A stretch of DNA of 64,000 nt from Sarea resinae (Eukaryota), in assembly GCA_026026165.1 (NCBI GenBank), contig JAPEUD010000065.1, positions 1 through 64,000 of the forward strand, in the 5' to 3' direction. Made by a program: the position numbers and the translations under genes. The stretch's first letter is position 1. Each line of letters opens with the position of its first letter. The notes below the pieces were generated by a model. That model did not search any database and had not been told where the DNA came from. It saw nothing but the letters and a program-made list of their open reading frames with translations. Shown here piece by piece: positions 36,030 through 50,800 of the stretch.

Positions 36030-37700
36030 CCGAATCGGCTGATCGTCTGTTGTGACGGTACGGCCTCATCGTCTCCTATAGATCAGGTTTAATTAATCTT
36101 ATCAAATAGGGATCATGGATGGTACGTGGCTGCCAGTTGAAATGGCATTGATGTACGCGATCAGTGCAGAAGTTGTTGTGTGCTTCTAGCACTGCTTAAA
36201 TGTGCTTTAGAATAGTGCCAACGGCTCCGAGCCAGGCGCTTAGTCCCATGGATTTCGAAGGCCATCTCTCAATACCGTCCAACGTTACGCGTACCTCGCG
36301 GTCAGTACTGGTGTTTTGCAGATCGTCTATTGTCAAGCCGGTGTTGGTTCCGACGAACTCTGGGATCACGTTGTTGGCGGCCTCCCTGGAGTGGAACTAT
36401 TGGACCATATTCAGGAAGCCTATTCCGTAGTATGCAAGCAAAACAATTACTGCGAAGGGGATGGCGTGTTCTTACTAAGTTTGTCTAGGGGAGCCTTTAC
36501 TGCACGAAGCATCGCCAGCCTTATTACTTGAATTGACTTTCTCACGAGGATTGATTGGATGAATTTTATATCATCTTCAAGGATTTTGAGAATGATGCAA
36601 GTCCGACTTACAGGTCTCCATAGCCCGACAGACCGTTTCCAAACAGCCAAGCATCATGGATGGCTTATGCTCAGCAGCTCAAGTTTGTGAGCGAAGAAAA
36701 TCATACTAATATATGTGATGGACGATATGCTGACTCTTTGCTTAGTTTGGCCTTCCAAGACTGGACATGCCAATCAAAAGCGGTAGCCGCATAGTACAGT
36801 AGGTACATACGGTGCTTCTCATAATCCTATTCACTAGAAATAGACTGAAAATCATCTTGAGATGCTCTTGGTGTTCCTTACAATAGCTATTATACGACCC
36901 CAGAGAAATAGTCCGTCGAAGATGCTGAGGTGGACGCGGATGTTGAAACCGCCTTCCGAGCACTTACGCAGTACGCTCAACAAGAACGATAGAGCCTTTT
37001 CGCCTGCTATGTAGGAAAAGCCAAATAATCGGGAGAACGTAATTTGCTTCCCTCTACAAGGTGGGGGTTAGCCAATCTAATCTTCTCCTTAAAATTCAAA
37101 GCACATCTCGTTCTCTGGAGCACAATCAAATATCGGCGGCAGCTACGACGATACAGAAATCGCTGACATTACGCTTGCATTGAAGGTCTCTCAACTTGAC
37201 CCCCTTTTGAGTTTCATAGGGACTACGTTCTCAGACAGCACGAAGTGAACACCAAGTAATACAAGCAGTGCAGAATAGAATCAGGCCATCAATATGTTCC
37301 TAATCTATCTCATTATGACGAATGGACGTTATCTCAAAACCAAAGACTGTCTAACGTAGAAGAAATCTACCAATTTTCGAGGGGCATCACCAGCATCACG
37401 GGGTCTTCGACTCGTACGCCTGGTCGCTATTGTCCAGTCGATCCAATGACGGGCATGCCGGGCGATAAGCCACTCCAGAACACTGTTGAGTGAGCCCGAG
37501 CAATAGCATGACTATCAGCGACATAGCTCAGGAACATATCAGATGGGAATCTTGAGTCATGAAAGGAGAAAAGCCCGTCGTTGCCTTGCATGAGGACAAA
37601 CCCGAGATGTCGAGAAAACCCTTCTTTGCTTCTAGTGTCATCGTCTGCCTACGCAGAATGGATGATGGAGCTACACAAGCCCAGCTGCGAGGATCTTTTT
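36030..37700 (+). pseudogene. Degraded DUF2235 (Tle1-like alpha/beta hydrolase) gene
   Basis: Family motifs appear in order but broken by stops and frameshifts: RLIVCCDG (~36035), PSNVTR, QIVYCQAGVG, SRGAFTARSIA, RAFSPAM*EKP, GAQSNIGGSYDD..IADITL (~37120) and RTPGRY (~37415). Confidence 0.82.
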
Positions 37701-40247
37701 CAAGAAGATCTTGGGGTAGTCCCATAGGATGTGTATTTCCCGGTTCTCGACCTGCTTCTCAGAGCATAGAAGTCACGAAACAGCGGAGGCGCTGTGTCCC
37801 TGTAAACATAGAGAACGTGTTGACTGTGTCAGAGTAGTGCTGAGTTATCATGTGCCCTAGCAATCGCAATGCGGCGCATTGAGCTGAGGCATCATTATGA
37901 CTTGAAGAAATGAATCATGACTTGACTGTCAAAATGATTGTCTTACCACCTAAGTGTGGATTGGTACGCCACTGAAATCTTTGCCACAAACGACCGAGGC
38001 ATTTTCATTGACCTTGGCGTCAGAAGATTGGTGAAATGCTTGAAACTCCCCAAGCATCTAGAAGGCTGTCTATATGAGCAGCCATGAGAACGGACGAGCT
38101 CTTATTCGTTGTCGAGGCCTAGTTCGGAAGCTGAGGGAGGATTGTTCCTAATACCACGAAAACAATGCGGACTTGGAAGATAGAGAAGGAAGCTGGACAC
38201 CAAAGGCGGACCTCAACATCAGGCCAAGTGTATAGGGCATCCGAAGAAACAGCCAGGGAGACAGTCAGAAAAGACCCGGCTTTCCCATGTTCGAGGCCCC
38301 TTTGACTTCTGCATGGGTTGGCTCATGGTAATCGGAGGACAGAGCCTGGGGCCATGTCCAGGTTAATGGAGCTCGTAGAATGGCCACGTACGGATGAATT
38401 CGTGTACGAATGGGTCAAAATCAAGCATACTCGGAATACTCGTCAGGCAGCTATACTAAGCAGAATCGGACACAAAGTCGGGAGTTGTTCTACCACCCTG
38501 GCCTGACTCCCCAAGTGATGCATCTCGTCGAGACGACCCGAATGGCGTCGAAGCATGGAAGGACTAGTGAAATCCGGGGTCTCAACTGGCAGCAGGGTGC
38601 TCACACCGGAAGCCATGTCGACCGGAGTTGTAGCCCGAGAGACCGGACTTACTGCCGCTAGTATGGTAGTAGAAGGGGGCAGCCTTGGAGTGGATATGTA
38701 GTAGCAGTGGTACTACTCCGTATGTAATGGTCAGCCGTACCGTATGAGGAAATTACTTACTACATAGGTAGGCACATACCTACTACGTATTGCTCGTCAA
38801 CTCCAAGGGTCCACCGGCGACAGACGGGATCTGAGTCTGTTTATTTTCGCAGGTTGCTGCTAACCTTGAATCTGTGCCGGGTGGTATGATGCTGAAGCGG
38901 ACTGAGTGAGGCAGTGCCCCAGAAGGTCTCACCGCGATTGGACTCCAGCTCCGTGAGGCTGCGAGAGGAAGCGACAATAAAAGGCCTCAAGGCACAGGCG
39001 AAGGGTCATGGCGTAAACAAGTAGAAGGATATACTGCCGCTCATTTGATGATACCTGATTCCTTTCCCAGAAGGGCCATTCTTACTGATGGTGATGCTAG
39101 CTTTCCTCGGAAAATCACGTGTAGTGAGTCCTAAGAGGACGGGGTAGCTACGTTACCCGGACCATAACACGTAACCTCTGGACTCAGGGGAAAAGGAATG
39201 GGAAAAATAGATGTCGCTCTCGGTCACAAGATGCTTGTATTGCGCACCTAGTTTGGGAAATTTGGGATGCTGATGAGAGTGCGCGATTAAAAGGTCTCTA
39301 GGACTATCATTTCGTATACGGAGCACACCCGAGACGTGGGGGATGCTGAATACCTAGCAGGTAGTGAGATGGGAGCTCGTGGAGGTGTTTACGGAGTGCT
39401 AGGGGCGGCGCATCTCGCCTCGAGACAGGCAGAGCCGGAGACAAAGGCAAAACACGCAGGCTCGCAAGTCCGGTTCATCCATCTGGATCCTGGAAGATCA
39501 AATTTCGAGCCATGAGGTAAGGGTAAGAGTACTCCATAAAGACTATCCACGTCGATTCGGACCTCAAGGGGTGCTATTACTGCAAAGTACTTCCTGGTAT
39601 GAATACTAAGTAAGGACCCAGGTTGTGGGATTTGTTAGTCGTAGATTGGATCGATCGGCCGCCTCGGGCCAGACGGGACAAAGATACACGGAGATATCAT
39701 TGGGTAGAGCAGTCAAAAGGAGCCAGGAAAACCCTCGGTATTGGGCCCCTTATATTATTCGTATGGGGTCTGGCGGAAGAAAATCCCTACAGTATACATC
39801 TAGGCTCTGCTTCTGCGTCGACCTGTGTCACTGATCTCTCCATATGTCGTCGTCAATGTCGTCGATGCCCCGTTTGTATTGTTTCCTTGCCCGCACGGGT
39901 AGTGAACAGCATCGTTGTGCACACACGTTCAGATACTCTAGATGACGGTAATTCATGACGAACGATGTACTTCAGATGTTCCACTCTATCGCTGCCCCGT
40001 GCGCCACGAAAGCTGATTGCTTATGAGAGCCAGCCCATTATGCTTGCCGCTGGGTTCTCTCGGGCCAGTACAGTAGAATCTATCTATCCCGAGCTGAGAA
40101 CAAGGATCGAGAAGCTTGTTTCTCCAGTCGCAGCGCTCCGCCATGCAAAAGACCACCATGTCTGATGACTTGTTGGAACACGGGGACGTATAGCATCTAC
40201 GTGCATGGTATACCAACCTCTTGACCAAAGGTGAAGGATAGGCAAGC

Positions 40248-40285
40248 AGGTAGGTAGGTAGGTAGGTAGGTAGGTAGGTAGGTAG
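40248..40285. repeat. (TAGG)n microsatellite, ~9 units
   Basis: Directly visible. Longest instance of a motif that recurs across the intergenic DNA. Confidence 0.9.
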
Positions 40286-41118
40286 ATAGAGACACATGTG
40301 CCTAGGGATAGGGACAGGAATTGAAGGCGGAGCGAAGAAAGGGACAGAACGAGACCGAGGAGGTGATGGAATGGCGTACCCTTGCTGTTTCAGCACATTA
40401 TTCATCCACGCTCATGATAGGGAAAGATGTCACTGATTCATGGATCAGGCTTTCATGTTTCTCAATCAATCAATCATGTCGATTCTTGTGACACGGTGTC
40501 TGGATGCCACGATCAGACAGCTGGAGCACTCGCTGCCGCCCCCACAAAACCAACCCACACACATTGACTGGTCCCTTGTCTGAACACTGGCGCCCGAGCG
40601 GTCCCACGTCGTCAGGGATAGCCGCTGGTGCTGGGAACTTACATCACTGCCCTGTACTAACCCAAACCTGCTACTACCTACCCAGCCCTGACCATACCTT
40701 ACCTCCAGCTACCTACCTAAACTGTACGGTACGGCACGAAGCTTTCTGCCACACCAAGCCAGATATACTGGACATTGGCCTTCATTGACAGAGCAACGAA
40801 AAGAGCTTCCTCTTCATCTCACTAAAAGTCTCCTGAACTATTTACCTCACCCTATCTTGCCTCACCTTATTGTCTTATTCATCGCCATTCACCGCCCATC
40901 GCTTCTTCTATATCAACCGCAACCTCCTTCCTGCTCTCCGACTGCTGCCCCATCAGACCTACTTTGTTCTACTCTGCTTTCTCTTCGCCGGTCAGTCTCC
41001 AGCTTTGTCTTACGTGCAAAATCCTCTTTTTGGCTTCGAAACCTGTATCAGAAACACCGTCATCGTGGATTCATCCAAGCCACTCATTGTACCCTCCTCT
41101 AACCATAAATCAGCAGCC

Positions 41119-43084
41119 ATGGTCCACCTGGCTACTGTCCCCAATGATGACGACATCCAGAGTCCCACTGCCGACGGGCTCCCGGATGTCAAGTTCAACC
41201 TGCCGACAGAGGATGAGGTGACTACCGCCGTCTACGGCACACGCTTCGCCGTCGAGGATATACCCAAGCACGAGATGGCAGAGAAGGAAATGCCCAAGGA
41301 AGTGGCTTATCGGATGATCAAGTAAGCCTTTTCTCCTGTCAACCAAATATATCTAGCTTCATTATGCCCTTGACATCGGAATCTGAAGCTGACAGCAGTT
41401 AACCGGGTAGGGATGAACTGAGTTTGGACGGCAATCCAATGCTGAAGTAAGTAGCCACCCCAGTCCAAACTCCCGAGTTTGGAGCATTTCTCTGATAGTC
41501 TCTCAGCCTCGCAAGTTTCGTCACAACGTACATGGTAGCGTCTCCCGCCTCGATACGACCTCCCTGCCACAAGATGCTGACAGGACAAAGGAAGATGAGG
41601 CGGAGAAGCTCATGTCTGAGGCCTTCTCAAAGAACTTCATTGACTATGAAGAATATCCTCAGAGCGCCGAAATTCAAAATCGATGCGTATCAATGATCGC
41701 TAGGATGTTCAATATCCCGTCAGAAAAAGGCGAGCATGCCATGGGAACTAGCACTGTTGGGAGTTCCGAGGCCATCATGCTTGGCACTCTCGCTATGAAG
41801 AAGAAGTGGCAGAACAAGCGCAAGGCTGCTGGGTTGCCTTACGACAAGCCAAACATTGTCATGAACTCGGCAGTGCAGGTCTGCTGGGAGAAGGCTGCTC
41901 GCTACTTTGATGTGGAGGAGAGATATGTCTACTGCACAGCTGACCGCTACGTCATCGATCCCAAAGAGGCTGTTGATTTGGTAGATGAGAACACAATTGG
42001 TATCTGCGCCATCTTGGGAACAACCTATACTGGTGAATACGAAGATGTGAAGGCTATCAACGATCTCTTGGTGGAGCGAAACATCGATTGCGGGATTCAC
42101 GTTGACGCTGCTTCCGGCGGTTTCGTGGCGCCATTCGTCAATCCAGATTTAATCTGGGACTTCCGTCTCGAGAAAGTCATCAGCATCAATGTTTCCGGTC
42201 ATAAATATGGCTTGGTTCGTGCACGGTTTCCCTTCTATCAGTACTGCGCAAGCTAATTCGTGGTTGAAGGTTTACCCAGGAGTTGGCTGGGTTGTTTGGC
42301 GTTCCCCCGACTACCTGCCGCAAGAGCTCATCTTCAACATAAATTACTTGGGCGCTAACCAAGCCTCCTTTACCCTCAATTTCTCGAAGGGAGCATCACA
42401 TGTAATTGGGCAGTACTACCAGCTTATCCGTCTTGGCAAGCACGGCTACCGCGCAATCATGATGTAGTGTATCCTAGCTTTTTGGAAAGGAAGTTTTGCT
42501 AATCAGCTCACAGGAACTTGGTACGAACTGCAGAATATCTAGCAAACATGCTTGAGAGACTTGGCTTTATCATCCTATCCGATCGAGGTCTCAATGGCGT
42601 CCCGCTGGTTGCGTTCCGCCTCAACCCCGAGCGCAAACATCATTTCGACGAGTTCGCTGTTGCACATCAGCTGCGAGAACGCGGCTGGGTTGTTCCGGCC
42701 TACACGATGGCCCCGAACAGTGAGAAATTGAAGCTTATGCGTGTTGTCGTGCGCGAAGATTTCAGTCGTGCTCGATGTGACCAATTGTGAGATCATCGAG
42801 ACCGGTTCAAGTTAGACATAACATGCTAACTTTGGTCTAGGGTAATGGATATCAAATTTGCAGTTGACACTTTGGCAAGCATGAGCCCTAGACGTTTGTC
42901 AATGCACGTCGAGTAAGTTTCTCTCACTGTCGCTTCTGGACGTTTAGCTAACTTCTTCACTAGACATATCCGAAAACATAGCTTGACCTCGAGGAGGCTC
43001 AGCGCGAGCCTTACTCGTCCTGTTTTCTTCGACGAAGACCATTCCCTACAAGCTAAATCCGGAAAGACACATGCTGTTTGCTAA
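41119..43084 (+). CDS. GAD1: Glutamate decarboxylase (PLP-dependent)
   Basis: [62 protein letters not shown] and [11 protein letters not shown] (PLP lysine). Includes two micro-exons at ~41411-41446 and ~41508-41534. Confidence 0.97.
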
Positions 43085-43818
43085 GCTTGGCCGTTAATAC
43101 CTACTTCGACTAAGGGAGGGGAGCAGTCTCAGGATACGTCTAACGCAACCACACCACAAACCTAGCATTACACAGTCCGTTTGCTTCTTAGGTTTGACGT
43201 TCCCTCTTGCGTACGCCTGGGCTTGTACACTAGAGATTGGTGCGTCTTTTGAATCCGCATGGACTGGAATATGCCATTACAACTAGCCGTTTCTTAAATG
43301 CTTGAAATCCTATGACTTGTTTTCGCTGTCCAAAAAGCTGCCTCGAGGCCTGTGAAGTCTACTTTCTAGCAAGCAAGAAGGCTCCCTCCTGTGATTGGAG
43401 GATCGCGCTCATAGTCACTCATCTATGAGCGCTTGCATCTGGGGCTACGCCGGTCTCTGACAGTGGTGATTACCGCCTCCTGAGTAACGGCAAATGTAAC
43501 TGTGACAGACGTCTCCTTTTCGGGGCATTCAGCACACCTGACTAACCTGACCTATTAGTACTTACCTACCTTATGTAAGGTAAGGTGAGTTAAGTATGGT
43601 ATATTTAACGGACTTATCTATCAGTAGTATTTTATGGAGCGGCGCGCACCACTGCTACAGCACAATGCGCCAAAACTTCAGAGCAGGACCAACCCACGCA
43701 TATAACATCTATTGTAATTTTCATGTCTACAGGTCTACATGGGTATCTAGATAAGTGAAGTCTAACGAGGTGGCAGCTCTAGGCAACGTAGTTCTTGCGC
43801 ATCCTTGCAACCGCAGAC

Positions 43819-44880
43819 CTACTGCTCTTTGCGGAACATTCTTACAACCTCCTCTAGTCGCTCGAGCATCACGCTCTTCCTCTCTTCCGAGCACCAACTG
43901 CCTTCGATACTAGCGATCGCTATGCCCCTCCACTCGTCCACGCTAAGATCAAAAGCATCTTGCACGGCACAGTAATTGTCCAGAATATATCCACCAAAGT
44001 ACGCCGGGTCGTCGCTATTGATGCTGAAGCGAACGCCAGCATCTAACATCTTGCGTAGCGGTAAATCCTTGACGGCTTTGACAACACCCAGTCTCTGGTT
44101 TGAAAGTGGACAGACTGTTAGCAGCGTCTTGGACGCAGCCACTCGTTTCATCAGGTCTGGATCCTCCACGAGTCTCACCCCGTGGTCGATACGCTCGACG
44201 CCTAGAATATCAAGCGCATCACGCACGTACGAGGCGTCACCCTCCTCACCAGCATGTGCCGTCAGACGCAGGCCCGATTTCTTTGCCGAGGTATATATGG
44301 GCTCGAAAAGTTTGGGAGGAAAGTCCTTCTCGGAAGAGTCGAGGCCAATACCGCTGACATGGCCATTTTGAAAGTGAAGGAGAGCCGCGTCGAAAGTGTC
44401 CAGACCGCTGTGGACGGGCAAGTGTCGAAGAATGCAGAGTATCAGCTTTGTGGTGATTCCAAGGTCTTCCTGGGCGCGCTTGCAACCGCGGGTAAGTCCA
44501 TTCACCACGTCATTGTATGCGACGCCACGGGATGTGTGCGCCTGCGGATCGAAGAATATCTCCGCGTGCATGACGCCATCTGCATTGGCACGGCAGAGAT
44601 AGGCATATGCCAAGTCCTCAAAATCCGATGCATGAATGAGGACGGCCATGCCAATGTAGTAGTAGTGTAGGAAGTCATCCAGAGAAGTGAAGGCATTGTA
44701 GCGTTCCAGGAGCGCTGAAGGTGAGGCAAAGGCGGGGTCGGACTGCGGCGAAGGAAGGGTGATTTTGTTGCGAGCGGCGAGCTCGAAAAGCAGGTGGTGC
44801 GAGAGAGAACCTTCGATGTGAATATGATGCTCACATTTCGGGAGGCGGGCGAGGAAGCTGTGGAGGGGACCGCGGCACAT
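43819..44880 (-). CDS. AAH1: Adenine deaminase (adenosine deaminase family)
   Basis: LPKCEHHIHIEGSL, HAEIFFDPQAHTSRG, GLDSSE, TAHAGEEG, RIDHG, LTVCPLSN and SINSDDPAYFGGY. Intronless. Confidence 0.93.
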   Translation of the reverse strand: MCRGPLHSFLARLPKCEHHIHIEGSLSHHLLFELAARNKITLPSPQSDPAFASPSALLERYNAFTSLDDFLHYYYIGMAVLIHASDFEDLAYAYLCRANADGVMHAEIFFDPQAHTSRGVAYNDVVNGLTRGCKRAQEDLGITTKLILCILRHLPVHSGLDTFDAALLHFQNGHVSGIGLDSSEKDFPPKLFEPIYTSAKKSGLRLTAHAGEEGDASYVRDALDILGVERIDHGVRLVEDPDLMKRVAASKTLLTVCPLSNQRLGVVKAVKDLPLRKMLDAGVRFSINSDDPAYFGGYILDNYCAVQDAFDLSVDEWRGIAIASIEGSWCSEERKSVMLERLEEVVRMFRKEQ

Positions 44881-47800
44881 GACTGGTGATTTTGTCGTAA
44901 TCTGATTGATCGACACGGCTCAAATGTTTATTGGTGGATTGGCCGAGCAAACAACAGACGATGGTGATGGAGTAATATTTAATGAATTATTGCAATAACG
45001 GAGCGAAATGAGAAATATTCTTCGATTCCTCATGCAGTGAAGATTCTTGCCTTTGAGCTGTTTGGTCAGGATGCAGAATCCGCTTGATATCATGGGTTGG
45101 ACTTGATTTTTCACCTAAGCCATCACTATCCATAAAAACTGCATTGCTGTGCGCTTCGACTATCTGTCTGCCTTACCGTACTCTGGAGTCCAGTCGGTGT
45201 TCGGCCGTGTCCGCAACCTTACGGCTGACTCGCGCGGAAAGCGGGCGATTACATAAAGCCTCTTATGGCTGTCGATGATTTGAACATTATTCAATCGAGT
45301 TTCCTTTACGTATCCAGACCTCGGAAAAAGCAGGTGCTCCTCAGATAAAGACGAGATCGGCTAGTACCTTCCGGGTCGCAGAGATCTTGGGCCGCATAAC
45401 TCGGTCCGGCCTGCCAGCAGTACGGCCCGTTGGACCACAGACCATGGCCCATGACCCTTGCGAATGTTGACTGTTCAGTTTTGAATGGGAGTGAAGCCTG
45501 TCGGAGGTTGATGCTTGACAGGATGAGGGGGGCCGCCCCTCTCTGCCACGCTTCCCCTTTGTCCTTCCACCTTCATGGGGATCTACAATCTTCCATACTT
45601 CTCGTGGCGTCAGCGGCGCAGTCGACGGTCGAGATGTGTCGTGGAACATATCGTCAATCAATCCTTAGTACTCTAGTCCGAGGGGCCGAGGGGCCAACAC
45701 ACAAGCAAACGCTTCGACTTCCTTTACTCTTTGCCTCGGAATTAGGAAGAGCTATGGGCCGTCGAGAAACGGCGGGATCCAGTACCTACAGCTTTCCATT
45801 TGCGTTTTCTGCTCTACGGAACCTCGCAGTGCTCTAAGGAGATCCCAGATTTCAACAAAAGACTAGGCGACATTTATCTAAAACGATCGGATATATTATG
45901 CTACGTCGTTTGACAATAATATGCTGATGCTTTGTAGAGTACTCTAGAGCACGTGTAAATAGTAGGTACCGGGAAGGTAGGCAGGCCGGCATCGACAGCT
46001 CCAGAGATACGGCGACAAACAGGGACGAAGGATAGCACGCTTCAAACCAACGTGAAGGAGAAGCACAGCTCAGGGACATGGCCTGTCCAAGTGTTCGTTG
46101 GAAATGATGTGCTGTCTAGTTGTTTACATAGAGCACTCGATATGGTATCATCTCAATTCTCTTGGGTAATATATAATGGCCAGTGGGGTGAATTCCTTCT
46201 CCGGCAAGATCTTAGTCCGGCAGGGCACCCCGCAAATACCGCAGCTCCAAGCGGCAACTCTCTTTCAGGGATACTAGTCCGGTACTATCGTGCTGGATCT
46301 ACGGTAGATGTGCAAAGGATGGGCATTCAATGTCACAGTGATGATCTGTCAGTCATTATTAAGACAGAACGAACTGTGCCGAGCGTAGGACCGAAGCGGC
46401 CCCCGGACGAGTTCTTATTAGCGCCAGTAACGAAAAACAAACTCTACTGTGGAGTAGTTAGGTATCCAAGGTAGGTAGGCAAGGTGGTGTAATCAATATA
46501 GGGGGCTTTTAAGTCCGTTATTGACTATTAACATTGAGTAAGTAGTTCGAGCATAAATATGCTTTTACCTACCGAAAGGGGTCAGGACCCTGGAAATCCG
46601 TGCATTCATCCAAGCTAAAACACACAAAAGGGGAGGGGTTTGGCATCTTTGTGTTCTCTACGCTTTACTCATCGACATATTAGCATCCAATGGACTCAGT
46701 GCTCATAGGTAGTAAGTCAAGGCCAAGGTACCCTAGGTGTCTACCTAGCCGTGTTAGCGAAAGAATTGCACTCTACATGGATATAGAGAGGTATGTACTA
46801 TGTAGGAGTACTGCATAGTAGTACGTGGTAGTTAGTGGGCAGGGCACACTGAATCAAGGTCTCTGAGGCGGTCGCTGGACGCTGTCCCGTCGATCAGATG
46901 AATATCTAACAGGTATCTGCTCCGTAGATGACCGACGGACTGATTTACTCGCGGCTCACACAAGGCCCAAAACTGAGGCCGGCCACATCTTTTAGCGTCG
47001 GCTATAAGCACAGAGTCCGAGGCCGAGCTGTGGCTCCTCCTACCTAACGCCTGAGCGGGGCCAGGTTATTCTGTCGATCATACTACCGCGTAGGTGTAGT
47101 AGAATATCATACCTACCTGGGCAGTGAAACGCATATCAATTGTAGTCTGTCACCAGTACTCTACCTAGGGAGATCAACTCGAGAGACTTTCGCAGCTACC
47201 TGTCTTAACTCTTGAGTACTCCATCCCAGGGACTCGGCATCTTCTTCGCTTGAGAAAGCCCTAGCTGAGAAGTAAAGTGCGAGGTGCTAGAACATCAGAA
47301 GAAAGTGCCACTCTTGATTGGAAGCTTGTCAAGTACGGTCATAATATATGCATATGGAGGATACACGGCCTGCATAAGGTAAATGCGCATCTCGACCCTC
47401 ACAAATCAATTCGCTTTCCTGATCGGCAGGCCGCCTCGTATCGAAGGCTCACACCCTGCCAGTACCTACTCTGCGCCATGTAAATCCATTGCCGATAATC
47501 AGACATCCAACATGCTCGGCCTCGTACGGTACTGTCAATGACTACGTATTCATGTCTTTCGGAGGTCTCCATTTCCTGCAAACGATTAGTTACTGCGTCT
47601 CCGGGGCTGTCAGATGGTAAGTGAATAGAGTTTTTCTGCAGAACTAGCCCAAGCTACCCCTTGCTTGCGACAAACAATTTGCCATGTGAGGGCAGGAAAT
47701 GCATATTCCCGACGGTTCGGATAGAACGAAGACCAAACCATCCAATAGGGCCCATCGGTCAATTGCTGGCAAAGGCGACGAGCGATCGGTGGGTGTAGGG

Positions 47801-50800
47801 AGCCTTCTGTACAAAGCTATCCCTTTCTGATATCAGCCATGACGGCAAAAGACGAGGATTTGGATTTCGTAGGCGTGTATTCGTAGATGGATTGCGTTCG
47901 GTGCGCGGGACATGTAGCCGTGGCCCTGACGTTCGGGGCGTCTTGGCATCACTTGACATTGCCGGCCTGCACTGTCAGCCATGCGACCCGGACAGGCACG
48001 AGAAAAAGACGGTGCTGGTGTCACCAAGCACATACCATTGGACGTGACATTGGATGTTGCTCCGTAGTACTCCCTTCCAACCTTGGAAAGATCGGGTCGT
48101 GCCGTTTGAGATTGATGAAGACAGCAGCCTCAGCTGGTCCAACACAGCTTCTCGCCACCTCACCCCAAAATTACAACGACAATGATACTCAGAAGCTGAC
48201 AGCAATTGTCAAGCATTCCACTGTTGAATGCTCATTGATCGAGCGGTGTGCTCCGAATGAGGTGCTCATCTCAGTCAAGAGAACTCAGTTAGAGCCCCAT
48301 TTTAAGGCCCTCGAGTGCTCGTACGTGCCCTCTCTCCAGTACTAAGTGCAAAAAGATACGAGATACTGGTTGGGTACTTTACTTTCATATACGTGTAAGG
48401 TATCTGTAGTGGCCTGTGCTTTAGCAGATCGTCTGGGCCGAATGTTCCTGGAGGAGTAGAGTACCTGTAGATATCTTCTGTATCTTCGTATGGATCCTGG
48501 ATGTCCTCTGAGAAACTGGTAGGCATGGAAATACTCGCGGCACACAAATCAAGTGCTGGGCGCCGATGGTCCCTCGGTCCAAGGGTTCTCTCTCCACATT
48601 CATGCACTTTGCACCGTAATACCTTCTCCGGAGCACAGATGCTCTCCTGAAGAATACCTTAGGGTACCAGCTTAGGGCTCCCGACTGCGCAGTCGAACAT
48701 GCCATTGCTGTTGCCACTTACCTTCGCCATCATCTCTGACATGGCCCCGGAAACATTAGACTACGACCGATTTCTCTGCCGCCGTGTATCTCTGCTACAT
48801 TTGTAGTACGTGCTTCGCACAGAGCACCTACGGAGTACGCTACAGGGTGCGCACAAGGTACTAGGCAAGGTACGAAGTACTAGTCTTTTCCCCTCTAGAG
48901 AGGTAATCATAGTCCTAAACGGTCCAGAGCAACCCAACTTACCCAAACCATGCATGTGGAAACGAGTCAAGCCACACACAGCTCCACCTTTCGGCGGCAC
49001 ACGCGGAGCCCCCTAAACTCCCATACTTAAACCCACGCTGAAAGTGACTTCCATGGAAATCAGCTAGTTGGCAAAATCTTATGCATTCACTTTGGCTTGC
49101 ATAAAACAATGCAGAGAACACACGAATGAGGACCCTTGGAGACCTCGGTAGAGAGGTTTTGTGGAGAATTCGCGCAAATCATGAGTGGGATTGCTCTCGC
49201 GAGCCGTTTGGCAATGGCTCAACATAGATTTTCATAGCCTAGGGGCGGATGGGAGCAGCCCCCTCCCGCCCGACTCTGAGCATCGACTACTGTACGAGTA
49301 GTAAGCCACCAAGGCATGCCTAGCCATTCGCAAATTATTCTCGAAAGTACACGACAGCCTCGAAGCTCGAAGCCTCGAAGCTTCTATGCGCAAGGTCGGG
49401 CCCGTCCATCAACCGATACGGCCCGGACACCGTCAAGAACTATCAAAATAGTGTAGCGACTTGTATGCTGTAGGTAAGGTGTTGCACCTTGGATCAGAGA
49501 TCAATCATCCTCGAGATAGTATGTAGCTGGGAAGGACTTCAGGAATGCTACTCAAGTATTACTACTCGTACTGACTGGGGAGTGCAGAGTACCTACCTTA
49601 CTGTACCTTCAGACTCTGTACAAAGTATCACAGTCTAGTCGAGTCTGCTTCAAGGATGGCGACTGAAGCTTGAAATTTACATCGATCCCGGATCATCAGT
49701 TCGGCAAGAGGGCCGGTGCTGGCATCCTATCCCCTTTTCGCCTTCTTCCGAGCGAAAGATCGGAAGGAATCTTGACAGGGAGGCTACCGCCCTACTGACA
49801 TTACTACAACGGTATGAGATGATTTACCGCATCTCAATCACCTGTGTCTGCCATTGCCCCTCTTGCTTCAATGTAGCCCAGCTGCTCCCCTGTTTAGAAT
49901 GGACCCATAGGTGTGGTTCAGCATCAGGGATCGGGCCTCATGCCCTGCTCATTCCTCTATAGCGGACTGGATTGGCCCTGAGCCCAGCCCATATAAGGCC
50001 TTACAGGACGTGGTATCATCCGGAATGGCCTGCCGGACGAGACCAGCACCTTGTGGCGGGGAGCACTAGGAGCGAATGCACTCGCACCTGGGCCAGACAA
50101 GCAGCGCTCTGTACTAACATTTGCCATCATGGAACATTGTCTTCGTTCCCTCGCCTCCCCATCCCCATGGACATACCAGGACTTGAGTAGTCCAGGTTCA
50201 GTTACCTTCTTCTCCAAGCAAGCCTTGCCTTTGGCACAGATCCGGCTGCGAGATGCGAGGAATTCTTGCCAACATGGGATACATATCCACTGAGATGGTT
50301 GCTGGGGTGTCGTTATGAAAGGGAGTTTGACTGCATACCTCACTGGACCTTGATTATTACCATGATCATACCTCCTTGGCAGTTCTGCCACCCAAAGTGC
50401 CATCGTTCTCATTACTACTGTACTCCGGAGTATTGTTGACTCTCGTGTCAAGATGGCTTGCAACCCGGGCTTTCATTCGCTATTAGACTCGTACGAACGG
50501 AGGAAAGCGTCCGGGCGGCGAAGATCCTCGCCATGGCCCCTGCAATGGCCCCTGCAAGCCTCCTCTCGCCCATGTGTTGTGGCTGCACGTAGCCAGAACA
50601 CACATCCATACCTGGCCACCTTGCCTTGTCCATGGAGTGGTTTCATGCTGTTGCTGCTGCTTCTTCCCTTAGTAGCATTATTATTCATGATCCGTACTAC
50701 TGCTCTACTTACTAAGTGCATATACCGAGTACCCTGTCGACTGCTCGTACTGTTTATCCAGCAACTTGGAACAGCGAAAGGGCGAGTAAGAGAGAAGACG

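Noticed and set aside
47300..48720. Cluster of 60-150-aa ORFs, e.g. 48302-48607 on the minus strand
   Set aside because: No recognisable domain or consistent splice model.
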